Shown: positions 7,600-16,635, counted from the stretch's first letter. The stretch is 64,000 nt of DNA from Candidatus Pacearchaeota archaeon (GCA_018304105.1 JAGVWX010000020.1:97494-161493); one strand, 5' to 3'. Numbers and translations: made by a program. The notes: generated by a model from the sequence alone, not told the origin.

Positions 7600-10500
7600 T
7601 TATTTTTTCTTCTCGCTCTTCTGTTCTCTTGCCAAAGGCCCAGTGACCTTGACCAGCAATCCAGGCAATCCGGTTCCAACTGGAATCGGCTGGTTAAGCA
7701 AAATGTTTTCAATAACGGACTTAAGCTCGTCCTCTGCGCCCTTTATCGTCGCATTAACGAATTGCTTGTCCGGAGTTTCAAAAGTTGCCCTGGCAAGAAT
7801 GCTTGCCTTGTCAGTGATAATTCCCATTCTCGTTACTCCTTTAACCACTCCGGAAGAAGTCATTGCGTCAGCGACAAGCTGCAGATGCCTTTCATTAATG
7901 TCAAGCCCCTGAGTTTGGATAACATTTTTTATTTCATTGATTATGGTCAGCCTTGCCGCCTCAACTCCAAGCACATTTTTGACATCGTGAATATCGTTGG
8001 AAAATACTTTGTCTCTGTTAACTCCTTTTATTTCCAGGATTTCTTTCAAGTTAGAGCCGTTAGTCAAGATGACAAAGTCTCTGTCTCTTTTCGAAACTAT
8101 GACTTGCGGAACTCCTTTGACACCAGAAACTATCGTTTCTTTTAATTTTCCCTTCAGCTTGTACATTTCTTTGAAGCCAATTTCCGGAAGCGGAACAATT
8201 ATTTTATTTCCATTGATATTGACTTTAAACTTCTTGTCTATCAGCTTATCAGCAATTTTCTGGACGCCCGCATGCGTTCTTCTAACCGCTTCAGAATCTA
8301 ATTCTATCTCAATCTTTTTATTTCCAAAGTCAAGATTAATCTCAGACAAAACTTCTTCAAGCTTCACTTCTTTTATTTTTTCTGCCAAAATCCTTGCTTC
8401 CTTTTCATTGTTATGGTCTTTGTCAAGATAAATCTCCATCATCGGAGTTGAAGGTTGTTTTCTCGCGTCAAGAATTTCAATTAATCTCGGCAAACCCAGC
8501 GTAATCTGCATTTGCGCGACTCCAGCGTGGTGGAAAACGTTCAGGACCATCTGAGTTGAAGCCTCGCCAAAAGATTGTGCAGTTACAACGCCGACGGCCT
8601 CGCCAGGACAAATCTTGTCATCCTTCAGGTGAAGCTTGGCAACATCTTTTCCATCATATCCGTACACAAATTGAACAACATTTTCTGAAGCGTCTCTTAC
8701 AGTTCCATCGTATTCAACTTTCAAGTCCTGCAATGCGCTGACAAGTCGTCTGTACAAATAACCGGACTTAGGAGTTCTCAAAGCAGTATCCATCTGGCTG
8801 TCTCTTCCCGTTATCGCTCCAAAGAAAAATTCTGTTGGCTTGAGTCCTTTCAGGTAAGAAGATTTGATGAATCCTCTGGACTCTGAGCTAAGGTCACCTT
8901 TCTTGAAGAAAGATAATGTTCTGTCATTATATCCAAAACTAATTCTTCCATTCCATAAAACCTGCTGTCCGACGCAGCAGCCCATCTGTGTGATGTTCGT
9001 GATTCCGCCGCCGCTTCCGGATTTTATCATCATATTTATGTTTGCCTCCGGAGGCAGATTGACTTTAACAATATCTCCAACATCTGTTCTAACAGCGTTC
9101 AATATCTGCATAATCTTTGTTTCTCTTGTCTCTTCTGCGGTCTTCCCAGGCACAGCTTCCAAATTTCCAGAATTGTATTCTTCAATAACTTCCACCGTTC
9201 TTTTCTCTGCCTTCTCGATAATTTCTTTAGTAATCTCCTTAACTTTGTCCAGTACATCAATGTCGTGAAGTGAAAGAGTGTAGCCAACTCTGCTCAAATA
9301 CGAAGTTCCAAGCGTGAATGCCTTGTTGATTGTGTCTACCGCAACCTCTCTTCCCATCTCTCTATCAACTACTTTTACAAGCTCTCCATCTTCTGCACCA
9401 AACGTTTTGCTTCCGGTAATTATTGAAGGAACTGTAATTTTAGCTCCCTTCGGAATGACCTGCGCAAAAACTTCTGTTCCAGAAATTTCTTTCTTCTTAA
9501 TAGTATTCATCACGTTTGCAGAAAATAGCAGCTGATCTGCAAGACCCTTGTCCACAGTCGCTTTTCCAAGAAGATACGCGCCAGTAACAGCATCGGCAAT
9601 CGTTCCAACAAGGTTGGTATTATTTTTTGATGAGATTATATTCTTATTAATGTCCAACAAAATCTTTGCTTCAGAAAGCGCTTCTTCATTTTGCGGGCTG
9701 TGAATGTTCATTTCGTCTCCATCAAAGTCAGCGTTGTAAGGCGCAGCCGCGGCCGGATTTAGCCTGAAAGTCCTTCCAGGTAAAACTTTAACATAATGTG
9801 CCATCAAGCCCTGCTTGTGCAAGGTCGGGTGTCTGTTGAACAAGACAATATCGCCGTCTCTCAAATGTCTTTCAATTTTATATCCAGGCTGGATTTCGTT
9901 CATGATTTCTTCCTTCAGGTCTTCAGATAATCTCTTTCTTCTTCCGTCTGGTCTTATCACGTTATTCGCTCCAGGGTAATCAGTTCCCCTTTTAACAAGT
10001 TCCTTCATTTCTTCAAGATTTGTCGTCGTCACAGATTCCGCAACAGTGATGATTCTAGCAATCTGCTCAGGCACGCCAATTTCATTAATCTTCAAGTAAG
10101 GGTCTGGCGAAACAACCGACCTCGCAGAATAATTTACTCTCTTGCCAGCAAGATTATGCCTGATTCTTCCTTCTTTGCCTTTGATTCTTTCTGTTATTGT
10201 CTTCAATGGCTGTCCAGACCTGTGTCTCGCAGGGGGAATTCTTGTAACATTATTATCATAAAATGTGGTTATGTGATATTGCAGCAAGTCCCACAAATCT
10301 TCAATGATTACTTCTGGAGCTCCCGCGTTTAGGTTTTCCCACAATCTTTGATTAGCTCTGATTATGTCTGAAAGTTTGTGAGTCAAGTCGTCTTCGCTTC
10401 TTTCTCCGGTGTCAAGAGTAATCGACGGCCTGACAGTAACAGACGGCACAAGAAGCAAAGATATAACTGCTCTCTCCGGCCTCGCGGTCTTAGTGTTAAT

Positions 10501-11037
10501 CCCGATTTTCTTAAGTTCGTCATCAGAAATATTGACAAGTCTTTCTCTCACTTCAATCGGATTCAATCTTTTTTTGTCTATGAAAAAGTTTGTTGGTTTC
10601 TCAAGCTTTACTCTATCGATGTTCTCGTTGCAATGCGGGCATTTCTTCGCGTCTCTTGCTTTCTTCGCCCTTTCAGCAGGCGTCAGTCCTTTCTGCTTTT
10701 CATCTGACAGCGTCAACTTACCGCAATGAGGGCAGAAACTTCTCAAGCACAATTCCATCAAAGGAATATACTTGATATGCAAAACCGGTCTCGCAAGCTC
10801 GATGCTTCCGGGATGTCCGGGACATTCCTTAACTCTCTTCCCGCAAGTCCTGCATCTTACTCCCGGGTCAATCGCTCCAAGCCGCAAGTCCATAAGGCCT
10901 CCATCAACCGGGAAACCGTCAATGTCATAAAGTTCCGGAGTCACAACTTTCACCGCGCTAATTTTCTTAATCTGGTCCGGACTAAGCAAACTGAAACTCA
11001 GGCTTCTGACTTGTTTTCTCGAATATCTATTGCTCAT
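7600..11037 (-). CDS. rpoA: DNA-directed RNA polymerase subunit A, with A' and A'' encoded as one continuous ORF
   Basis: N-terminus has the zinc motifs RCRTCGKRVKECPGHPG, plus NADFDGDEMN. A''-type sequence (KICPGEAVGVVTAQSFGEASTQM...GLPRLIEILDARK...FETPDKQF) follows in frame with no stop or start around 8560-8700. The ATG at 11037 is preferred over the track TTG at 11043. Confidence 0.95.
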   Translation of the reverse strand: MSNRYSRKQVRSLSFSLLSPDQIKKISAVKVVTPELYDIDGFPVDGGLMDLRLGAIDPGVRCRTCGKRVKECPGHPGSIELARPVLHIKYIPLMELCLRSFCPHCGKLTLSDEKQKGLTPAERAKKARDAKKCPHCNENIDRVKLEKPTNFFIDKKRLNPIEVRERLVNISDDELKKIGINTKTARPERAVISLLLVPSVTVRPSITLDTGERSEDDLTHKLSDIIRANQRLWENLNAGAPEVIIEDLWDLLQYHITTFYDNNVTRIPPARHRSGQPLKTITERIKGKEGRIRHNLAGKRVNYSARSVVSPDPYLKINEIGVPEQIARIITVAESVTTTNLEEMKELVKRGTDYPGANNVIRPDGRRKRLSEDLKEEIMNEIQPGYKIERHLRDGDIVLFNRHPTLHKQGLMAHYVKVLPGRTFRLNPAAAAPYNADFDGDEMNIHSPQNEEALSEAKILLDINKNIISSKNNTNLVGTIADAVTGAYLLGKATVDKGLADQLLFSANVMNTIKKKEISGTEVFAQVIPKGAKITVPSIITGSKTFGAEDGELVKVVDREMGREVAVDTINKAFTLGTSYLSRVGYTLSLHDIDVLDKVKEITKEIIEKAEKRTVEVIEEYNSGNLEAVPGKTAEETRETKIMQILNAVRTDVGDIVKVNLPPEANINMMIKSGSGGGITNITQMGCCVGQQVLWNGRISFGYNDRTLSFFKKGDLSSESRGFIKSSYLKGLKPTEFFFGAITGRDSQMDTALRTPKSGYLYRRLVSALQDLKVEYDGTVRDASENVVQFVYGYDGKDVAKLHLKDDKICPGEAVGVVTAQSFGEASTQMVLNVFHHAGVAQMQITLGLPRLIEILDARKQPSTPMMEIYLDKDHNNEKEARILAEKIKEVKLEEVLSEINLDFGNKKIEIELDSEAVRRTHAGVQKIADKLIDKKFKVNINGNKIIVPLPEIGFKEMYKLKGKLKETIVSGVKGVPQVIVSKRDRDFVILTNGSNLKEILEIKGVNRDKVFSNDIHDVKNVLGVEAARLTIINEIKNVIQTQGLDINERHLQLVADAMTSSGVVKGVTRMGIITDKASILARATFETPDKQFVNATIKGAEDELKSVIENILLNQPIPVGTGLPGLLVKVTGPLAREQKSEKKK

Positions 11038-11314
11038 ATTCAAATCCTTCTGGGCTATCCAGAATATCGTCCCACTCTTCTACTATTGAACGAAATTCTC
11101 CAATTAATATTGGTTCATTTTTATAGAGAAGGCCAACTCTTCTAGCCAAGGCAAATTCGTCAGTATCACTATCAACAATTCCAACGCTGTTATTAATTGC
11201 TCTAACAGCAATATGTCTATCCCCGTAGCCTGCTTCTCTTAGCGCCTCTGCATTACCTAATACATATTTTCTTGCTCTTTCAAATTCCATCGCTTTTGTT
11301 CTATTGCTCATATT
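11026..11314 (-). repeat. 15-bp direct repeat pair (AATATGAGCAATAGA on the coding strand) at 11026-11040 and 11300-11314
   Basis: The same 15-mer forms both the rpoB-stop/ORF94-start junction and the ORF94-stop/rpoA-start junction. Period is 274 nt. Confidence 0.95.
11027..11311 (-). CDS. orphan 94-aa ORF inserted between rpoB and rpoA
   Basis: Start overlaps the rpoB stop and stop overlaps the rpoA start. Acidic C-terminus. No family recognised. Confidence 0.5.
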   Translation of the reverse strand: MSNRTKAMEFERARKYVLGNAEALREAGYGDRHIAVRAINNSVGIVDSDTDEFALARRVGLLYKNEPILIGEFRSIVEEWDDILDSPEGFEYEQ

Positions 11315-14300
11315 TGTTCTTCAACTTAAATTTAGTATGTATACCCAATCCCAGTAATTCGTCTACCAAGAGCTTGAATGCATAGGAAAGTTCTATTGGT
11401 TCCGCCTCGCTGCTTCCGCACATCGTGCAGACCGGTTTGTTTCGGATGGCATCTTCATATCCCATATTTCCGCAATCTTGGCAGATGTAGATAATTGTTT
11501 TATCTGAATCGTACCTTTCTTTCAAAAGCAAAGACGCGCCGTGCCCAGCCAAAGCTTGCTGTTCCATTTCTCCAAGTCTTAATCCTCCGCCACGTGCCCT
11601 TCCTTCAATCGGTTGTCTCGTCAGCAAAGCAACTTTTCCGGAAGCCCTCGCATGAATAAGATTCTTTACCATTCTCTTCAGCTTCAAGTAGTACATGCTT
11701 CCGATATAAATCTTGACATCCATTTTCTCTCCGGTTATTCCGTTGTAAGTAGTTTCTTTGCCGTCGTAGCTAAAGCCCATTTCTTGAAGCTGTTCTTCCA
11801 GCTCATTAACTTTAGTTCCCGTAAACGGAGTGCCGTCAACTATTTTTCCAGTTATTGCAGCAGTTTTGCTCGCAAGCAATTCCATTAGGTATCCAACAGT
11901 CATTCTGCTTGGAATTCCGTGTGGATTGAACATCAAGTCAGGTCTTATTCCATTAACTGTGAAAGGAACATCATCATTACATGCAATCATTCCGATAACT
12001 CCCTTCTGTCCGTGCGGTGAAGAATATTTGTCTCCAACTTCTGGAAGCCTGGTGTCTCTGGTTCTGACATCAACAACTTTGTTTCCTTCGCTGTCTACTG
12101 TAATGAAAACCGCGTCCACAGTTCCCCTCTCCCCTTGTCTAACTGCCGAACTAGCTTCCTTCTTAGCTTGTATGCTCAAGTCTCTGGCTTCAGAAAGAAA
12201 TTTCGGCGGCGTAACTTTTCCAATAACCACGTCCCCAGAATCCATGTCGGCTTCAAGATACGCAATCCCATCATCTTCAAGATTTCTATAAACTTCTTCG
12301 GTCCTATATCCCGAAACATCTTTTTCAGGAATAACTATTTCGTCAGATAATCCTCCGGCATATTGCAGTTCGTTTGCAGAATACGGTCTGAAGTATGTGC
12401 TCCTTCCCATTCCTCTGTCAACACTTGCCTTGTTCAGAACAACAGAGTCCTCAATATTGTAACCCTCAAAAGGCATAATCGCTACAACAAGATTTTGTCC
12501 TGAAGGGTAAACATCAAGGGTATCATAAATGAAACTCCTTACCAAAGGTCTCTGCGGATAATGAAGAATCGAAACATCGGTGTCAATTCTCAATAAATAA
12601 TTCGCAGCATAAATTCCTAAGCTCTGCTTATTAGTTTTGCTTCCTCTATGCAGTCTTGGCAGCTGGTCATGGTTAGCATAAGGAACAAGCGAAGTAATCA
12701 CGCCGAATACATCAATAGGATGAACTTCTAAGTGAGTATGTTCAGAATCAAGCTCATCCTCGTCCAGCGAAACATAAGCATTTTCTTCTTCTGCAGCGTC
12801 AATGTATTCGATAATTCCCTTTTCAACCAAATCAGACCACTTGAGTTCTCCCTGTTCCAGTAAAACAATATCTTCACTCTTCAATTTTGAATTTCCGTTT
12901 TCAACGATAATTAATGGCCTCAAAACTCTTCCAACTTCCGAAGAAATCGTAATTTGGTCAAGTGCATCATCATATCTAACACTTATTTGTCCCGGAATTT
13001 CTTTATTCCTCCTTAGTTCTCTCAGTTTCAATGCAAATTCCTTAGGATGCTCGACAAACCCAATAAACTTTCCATTTACAAAAACATCACTTCCCTTAGA
13101 GTTATCTCTTTTCAATCCAGCAGATTCAAACTTCTTGATGGTTGCTTTTTCGTCAAACTCAATCACTGTAGAAATTTTTGCAAGAAGAGCAAGATTCTTT
13201 CTAAGTCCAATTTCAGTTCCCTCCGGAGTTTCAGTTGGGCAGAATCTCCCATAATGTGTCGGATGCAGCGTTCTTGCCTTGAAATTTTCCTGGTCGCCAG
13301 GCAATAGGCTCGTGACTCTTTGCAGCTGCGAAAGAACGTCCAGGTAATTTGTCTTCTGCATGTTTTGCGTAACTCCAGATCTTTCTCCAATCCAGCTTCC
13401 CGTCGCAATCGCGCTTTCAACTCTGTGCGTGAACAGCGTAGACTTAGCAATTGTTTTCAATGAGTAAAATTTCTTTCTCTTTGAAACTTTCTGCAGAGAA
13501 TATTGAATATCCCTAACGAGAATTTTCAGATTGACTCTGAAAAGATCAGACATCAAATCCCCTGAAAGTTTAATTCTTTTGTTAGCATAATGGTCCTTGT
13601 CAGTTCTGATTTTTTTGTCGTCTTTAGCTTTTAGATAGGTTCGCACGAGCCTGCAAAGCGTGATTGCCTTATCTTCTCTGGTCTGTTTGGTAATCCCGAT
13701 GTTCGGCAGCAGGAAAGAATCAATTCTTTGCTTCACCCTGTCAAGAATTTCTTTCTTCGTTCCCTGTATCCCTGATTTTTCCGCTATGAACATCATTGCA
13801 TCTTCAGCATCTTGCAAACTGGCATATTCGTAAAGGTTAACAATCAGGCAATCGTTCTCCATCCCAATGTTCTTTGCAATGTCTGATTCTTTAGTCATGC
13901 CGAGGGCTTTAAGCAAAACCAGAATTGGAATATTCTTCAGCCTGCTGAAAGTCAATTCCAAAATTCCTTCGTTTGTTTCACTGATTGTCGTCGGAATTCT
14001 GTAAGAGCCCCTTTCTGAAAATTCTCTCAAAGTCAGTCCCTGTCTGCCTTCTTCAATAAATGGCTGGTTTGGAGCAAGGTCTTCAGACATAACAATTACT
14101 CTTTCGTTTCCGTTGATTATGAAATATCCGCCCTGGTCAAGCTTGTCCATGTAATTTTTTATAAGGTCTTCTTTGCCCATTCCGTATGTCGCGCACTTGG
14201 AGCTTCGGACCATAATTGGAATTCTTCCAACTTCAACTTCCGAGCTTTCTGCTTGATTTTCATATTTGACGCTTAGCTCGACATAAACTGGCGCGGCATA

Positions 14301-14555
14301 AGTTAAATTTCTCAGCTTTGCTTCGATTGGAGTTATTTTGCTGACACTTCCATCGGCCTCGATTATATCCGGCTCGCCAACGCGCACCTTTCCAAACTTT
14401 ATCTCAACGTCTTGATCAGAAAGGGTTTCGTTAATTTCTTCGACGATTTGCTGAATCCTGTTCCCAATAAAATCATTAAATGAAAGAATGTTAGATTCAA
14501 CTAAAGAATGTTGCTTTAGATATTTCTCCACTAAAATATTTTTTCTTTTATCCAT
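11301..14555 (-). CDS. rpoB: DNA-directed RNA polymerase subunit B (unsplit)
   Basis: 1084 aa with conserved RpoB blocks (GDKYSSPHGQKG, MFNPHGIPSRMTVG, C-terminal Cys4 CQDCG...CTMCG). Confidence 0.97.
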   Translation of the reverse strand: MDKRKNILVEKYLKQHSLVESNILSFNDFIGNRIQQIVEEINETLSDQDVEIKFGKVRVGEPDIIEADGSVSKITPIEAKLRNLTYAAPVYVELSVKYENQAESSEVEVGRIPIMVRSSKCATYGMGKEDLIKNYMDKLDQGGYFIINGNERVIVMSEDLAPNQPFIEEGRQGLTLREFSERGSYRIPTTISETNEGILELTFSRLKNIPILVLLKALGMTKESDIAKNIGMENDCLIVNLYEYASLQDAEDAMMFIAEKSGIQGTKKEILDRVKQRIDSFLLPNIGITKQTREDKAITLCRLVRTYLKAKDDKKIRTDKDHYANKRIKLSGDLMSDLFRVNLKILVRDIQYSLQKVSKRKKFYSLKTIAKSTLFTHRVESAIATGSWIGERSGVTQNMQKTNYLDVLSQLQRVTSLLPGDQENFKARTLHPTHYGRFCPTETPEGTEIGLRKNLALLAKISTVIEFDEKATIKKFESAGLKRDNSKGSDVFVNGKFIGFVEHPKEFALKLRELRRNKEIPGQISVRYDDALDQITISSEVGRVLRPLIIVENGNSKLKSEDIVLLEQGELKWSDLVEKGIIEYIDAAEEENAYVSLDEDELDSEHTHLEVHPIDVFGVITSLVPYANHDQLPRLHRGSKTNKQSLGIYAANYLLRIDTDVSILHYPQRPLVRSFIYDTLDVYPSGQNLVVAIMPFEGYNIEDSVVLNKASVDRGMGRSTYFRPYSANELQYAGGLSDEIVIPEKDVSGYRTEEVYRNLEDDGIAYLEADMDSGDVVIGKVTPPKFLSEARDLSIQAKKEASSAVRQGERGTVDAVFITVDSEGNKVVDVRTRDTRLPEVGDKYSSPHGQKGVIGMIACNDDVPFTVNGIRPDLMFNPHGIPSRMTVGYLMELLASKTAAITGKIVDGTPFTGTKVNELEEQLQEMGFSYDGKETTYNGITGEKMDVKIYIGSMYYLKLKRMVKNLIHARASGKVALLTRQPIEGRARGGGLRLGEMEQQALAGHGASLLLKERYDSDKTIIYICQDCGNMGYEDAIRNKPVCTMCGSSEAEPIELSYAFKLLVDELLGLGIHTKFKLKNKYEQ

Positions 14556-14764
14556 CAGAGAACAACCGCCCTGTAATACGTTTCCAGTTTATCTCCTTCT
14601 TTTCTTTCAAGTCTTATCACGTCGCCGACATTGCATCCTTCCGGCAAAGCCGGGTCATTAGCGTGTATTTTTGGCAGTTGCGAAAGAGAAATATTGTACC
14701 TCTCAAGTAGCCTTTTTACCTCGTCTGCTTTCAATTTTGTATGTTTGGGCTGTAATATGTGCAT
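14555..14764 (-). CDS. rpoH: RNA polymerase subunit H (Rpb5-like)
   Basis: 69 aa with HTKLKADEVKRLLERYNISLSQLPKI...DPALP...GDVIRLER. First gene of the rpoH-B-A operon. Confidence 0.9.
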   Translation of the reverse strand: MHILQPKHTKLKADEVKRLLERYNISLSQLPKIHANDPALPEGCNVGDVIRLERKEGDKLETYYRAVVL

Positions 14765-14845
14765 AGCTGTGACAATCGCGACTATAAATATTTAATTAAC
14801 GACTGGGCGATGATAAATGATTTTGTGAAATGTGGTTTTTAAACC

Positions 14846-14990
14846 TTTCGACTACGATGTTTCGTAGGAGATTATTTCGACTACACCGAAGTGTAGGAGA
14901 TTTTAACTCGACTGCGCCGTTGCGCAAGAGAGGTTTCCTTCGGCTTCTTTGTTTGCCGCAGCGAGTCTCCGAGTTCTGAGGAGATTCGAG
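14846..14990 (-). repeat. array of four stem-loops with conserved flanks (TCGA..AATCTCC + hairpin)
   Basis: Hairpins are at 14852-14867, 14881-14896, 14913-14926 and 14966-14984. On the minus strand the second is CUACAC-UUCG-GUGUAG. The first two stems differ by compensatory changes. Confidence 0.6.
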
Positions 14991-15015
14991 CAAGAGCAAA
15001 TCAAAGATACGCCTG

Positions 15016-15119
15016 AGCGGCCCCGACAAGCAAAATCGCTTTGCGATTTTTCATTCGTTCGTCCAAACTTGGCCAAACGAGGGATTTGAACGCAAATTCT
15101 TATCTTAAGCGGCCCCGAC
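15016..15119 (-). repeat. 12-nt direct repeat of the tRNA-Lys 3' end (GTCGGGGCCGCT), plus a T-arm/acceptor fragment of a second tRNA
   Basis: AGCGGCCCCGAC occurs at 15016-15027 and 15108-15119. GGCCAAACGAGGGATTTGAACGC at 15071-15093 looks like the last 23 nt of another tRNA. Confidence 0.8.
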
Positions 15120-15184
15120 GGGATTTGAACCCGCGACACCTGGCTTAAAAGGCCAGTGCTCTGACCAGGCTGAGCTACGGAGCC
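15110..15184 (-). tRNA. tRNA-Lys (anticodon UUU)
   Basis: Hand-folded cloverleaf: acceptor GGCTCCG/CGGGGCC, D stem GCTC/GAGC, anticodon stem CTGGC/GCCAG with loop CTTTTAA, T arm GCGGG-TTCAAAT-CCCGT. Confidence 0.9.
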
Positions 15185-15239
15185 ACGATTATAAAATTAG
15201 AAAGATAAAGTTTGTTTTTAAAACTTGGCTTTAGAAAAG

Positions 15240-15560
15240 TTATCTAATCTCCTTAACTCTCTTAATCAGCTCTTCTTTCAGCAAAACTCCAACAACCTTA
15301 TCAACTGGCTGTCCGTCTCTAAAAAACATAATTGTCGGTATAGACATTATTCCAAATCTCTGGGCTAAATCAGAACTTTCATCAACATTTACCTTGCCAA
15401 ACTTTGCTTTGTCTTTCAAATCACCAGCAGCCTCTTCAAACACGGGCCCCATCATTTTGCAAGGCCCACACCACGGCGCCCAGAAATCAATCACCGTCTT
15501 GTCGTCTCTGATAAACTTGTCAAACTCATCAGATGAAATCTCTTTAATTTTTCCAGTCAT
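15240..15560 (-). CDS. trxA: thioredoxin
   Basis: 106 aa with the WCGPC active site. Confidence 0.9.
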   Translation of the reverse strand: MTGKIKEISSDEFDKFIRDDKTVIDFWAPWCGPCKMMGPVFEEAAGDLKDKAKFGKVNVDESSDLAQRFGIMSIPTIMFFRDGQPVDKVVGVLLKEELIKRVKEIR

Positions 15561-15722
15561 ATCCTCTCTAAAAAAATTTCATTAATAAAGGTTTTGGATA
15601 TGATGTTAACCGACTTTTATACCGACGACAAAATTTAACTTTCACAATCCAATATAGCCAATAGTTGTGAAATATCAAGATTAAATCTCTTAGAACTTTA
15701 CTATGTTATACAAAACATCATC

Positions 15723-15750
15723 GCCCCAAGTCGGTCTGGTGGATTTGGGC
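15723..15750 (+). repeat. copy of the dispersed G-loop hairpin element
   Basis: GCCCCAA / TTGGGC arms enclose GTCGGTCTGGTGGA. Confidence 0.5.
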
Positions 15751-15833
15751 AAAATAACATTCGAAAATTTTTAGAAAAATCAGATAGTGAGTTTATTACA
15801 AACAAATTAATACTTCAAAACCTTTTCATAAAC

Positions 15834-16427
15834 ATGAACAAAAATCATCTTTTAGTTTCGTTAAAGTCCAATAGTTTTTCAGAGAAGATAGTCAGAGCAT
15901 TTGAAAAAGTTCCTCGGGAAAAATTCATTTCCAATATTTACAAATCTCTTGCTTATGAAGACATTGCCTTGCCATTAGAAAAGAGAGCAACAATCTCTCA
16001 GCCGTATACAATCGCTTTTATGTTAAATCTTCTTGAGCTAAAACCCAAACAAAAAATTCTTGAAATCGGCTCTGGCTCAGGTTACGTTCTTGCGCTCATG
16101 GCAGAAATTTCACCAAAAAATGAAATCCACGGAATAGAAATAATAAAGTCCCTCGCTGCAAAATCAAGGGGATATCTAAAGGGTTACCCAAACATAAAAG
16201 TGATAAGTAAAAATGGTTTTAATGGAATTCCAAACCAAGCGCCGTTCGATAGAATTCTCATTTCAGCAAGCACAGACAAATTGCCAGAACATTTGTACAA
16301 TCAACTTTCCAGCAAAGGAATTCTAGTCGCCCCAGTTAACAATTCAATTTTCCAAGTAAAAAAACAAAACAATAAACTTAAGGTGAAAGAATTTTCCGGT
16401 TTTGTTTTCGTGCCCTTGAAACATTAA
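15834..16427 (+). CDS. pcm: protein-L-isoaspartate O-methyltransferase
   Basis: 197 aa with ISQPYTIAFMLNLLEL and the SAM motif ILEIGSGSGY. Confidence 0.9.
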   Translation: MNKNHLLVSLKSNSFSEKIVRAFEKVPREKFISNIYKSLAYEDIALPLEKRATISQPYTIAFMLNLLELKPKQKILEIGSGSGYVLALMAEISPKNEIHGIEIIKSLAAKSRGYLKGYPNIKVISKNGFNGIPNQAPFDRILISASTDKLPEHLYNQLSSKGILVAPVNNSIFQVKKQNNKLKVKEFSGFVFVPLKH

Positions 16428-16467
16428 TTTTAATTATAATTTTGCTAAGGTTCATAAGCATGGCGCT

Positions 16468-16540
16468 TTAATATTTATTTAATATTTATTTAATATTTAT
16501 TTAATATTTATTTAATATTTATTTAATATTTATTTAATAG
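16468..16540. repeat. 11-bp AT-only tandem repeat (TTAATATTTAT, about 6.6 copies)
   Basis: Read directly in the convergent intergenic region. Confidence 0.95.
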
Positions 16541-16635
16541 GTTAATATTTTATATAATAGAAAACCCACGTCTCTCGGTCTGGCGGGATGGTGCTATATT
16601 TTTTAATTTAAAAAATTTCTTGAGCAATTTTTACT

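Noticed and set aside
14800-14830. C/D-box sRNA near GCGATGATAAATGATTTTGTGA
   Set aside because: The sequence lacks a proper RUGAUGA C box paired with a CUGA D box at the right spacing.
15071-15093. Split-tRNA 3' half (Nanoarchaeum style)
   Set aside because: Only the T-loop, 3' T-stem and acceptor strand are present. There is no anticodon-proximal part, no complementary leader and no 5' half in the window. Kept as a tRNA fragment inside the tRNA-Lys finding rather than called as a gene.
14796-15139. Track ORFs 14796-15029 and 14903-15139
   Set aside because: They run through the tRNA-Lys gene, tRNA fragments and the hairpin array. Their composition (R/S/C-rich) is typical of translated structured RNA, so they are not coding.
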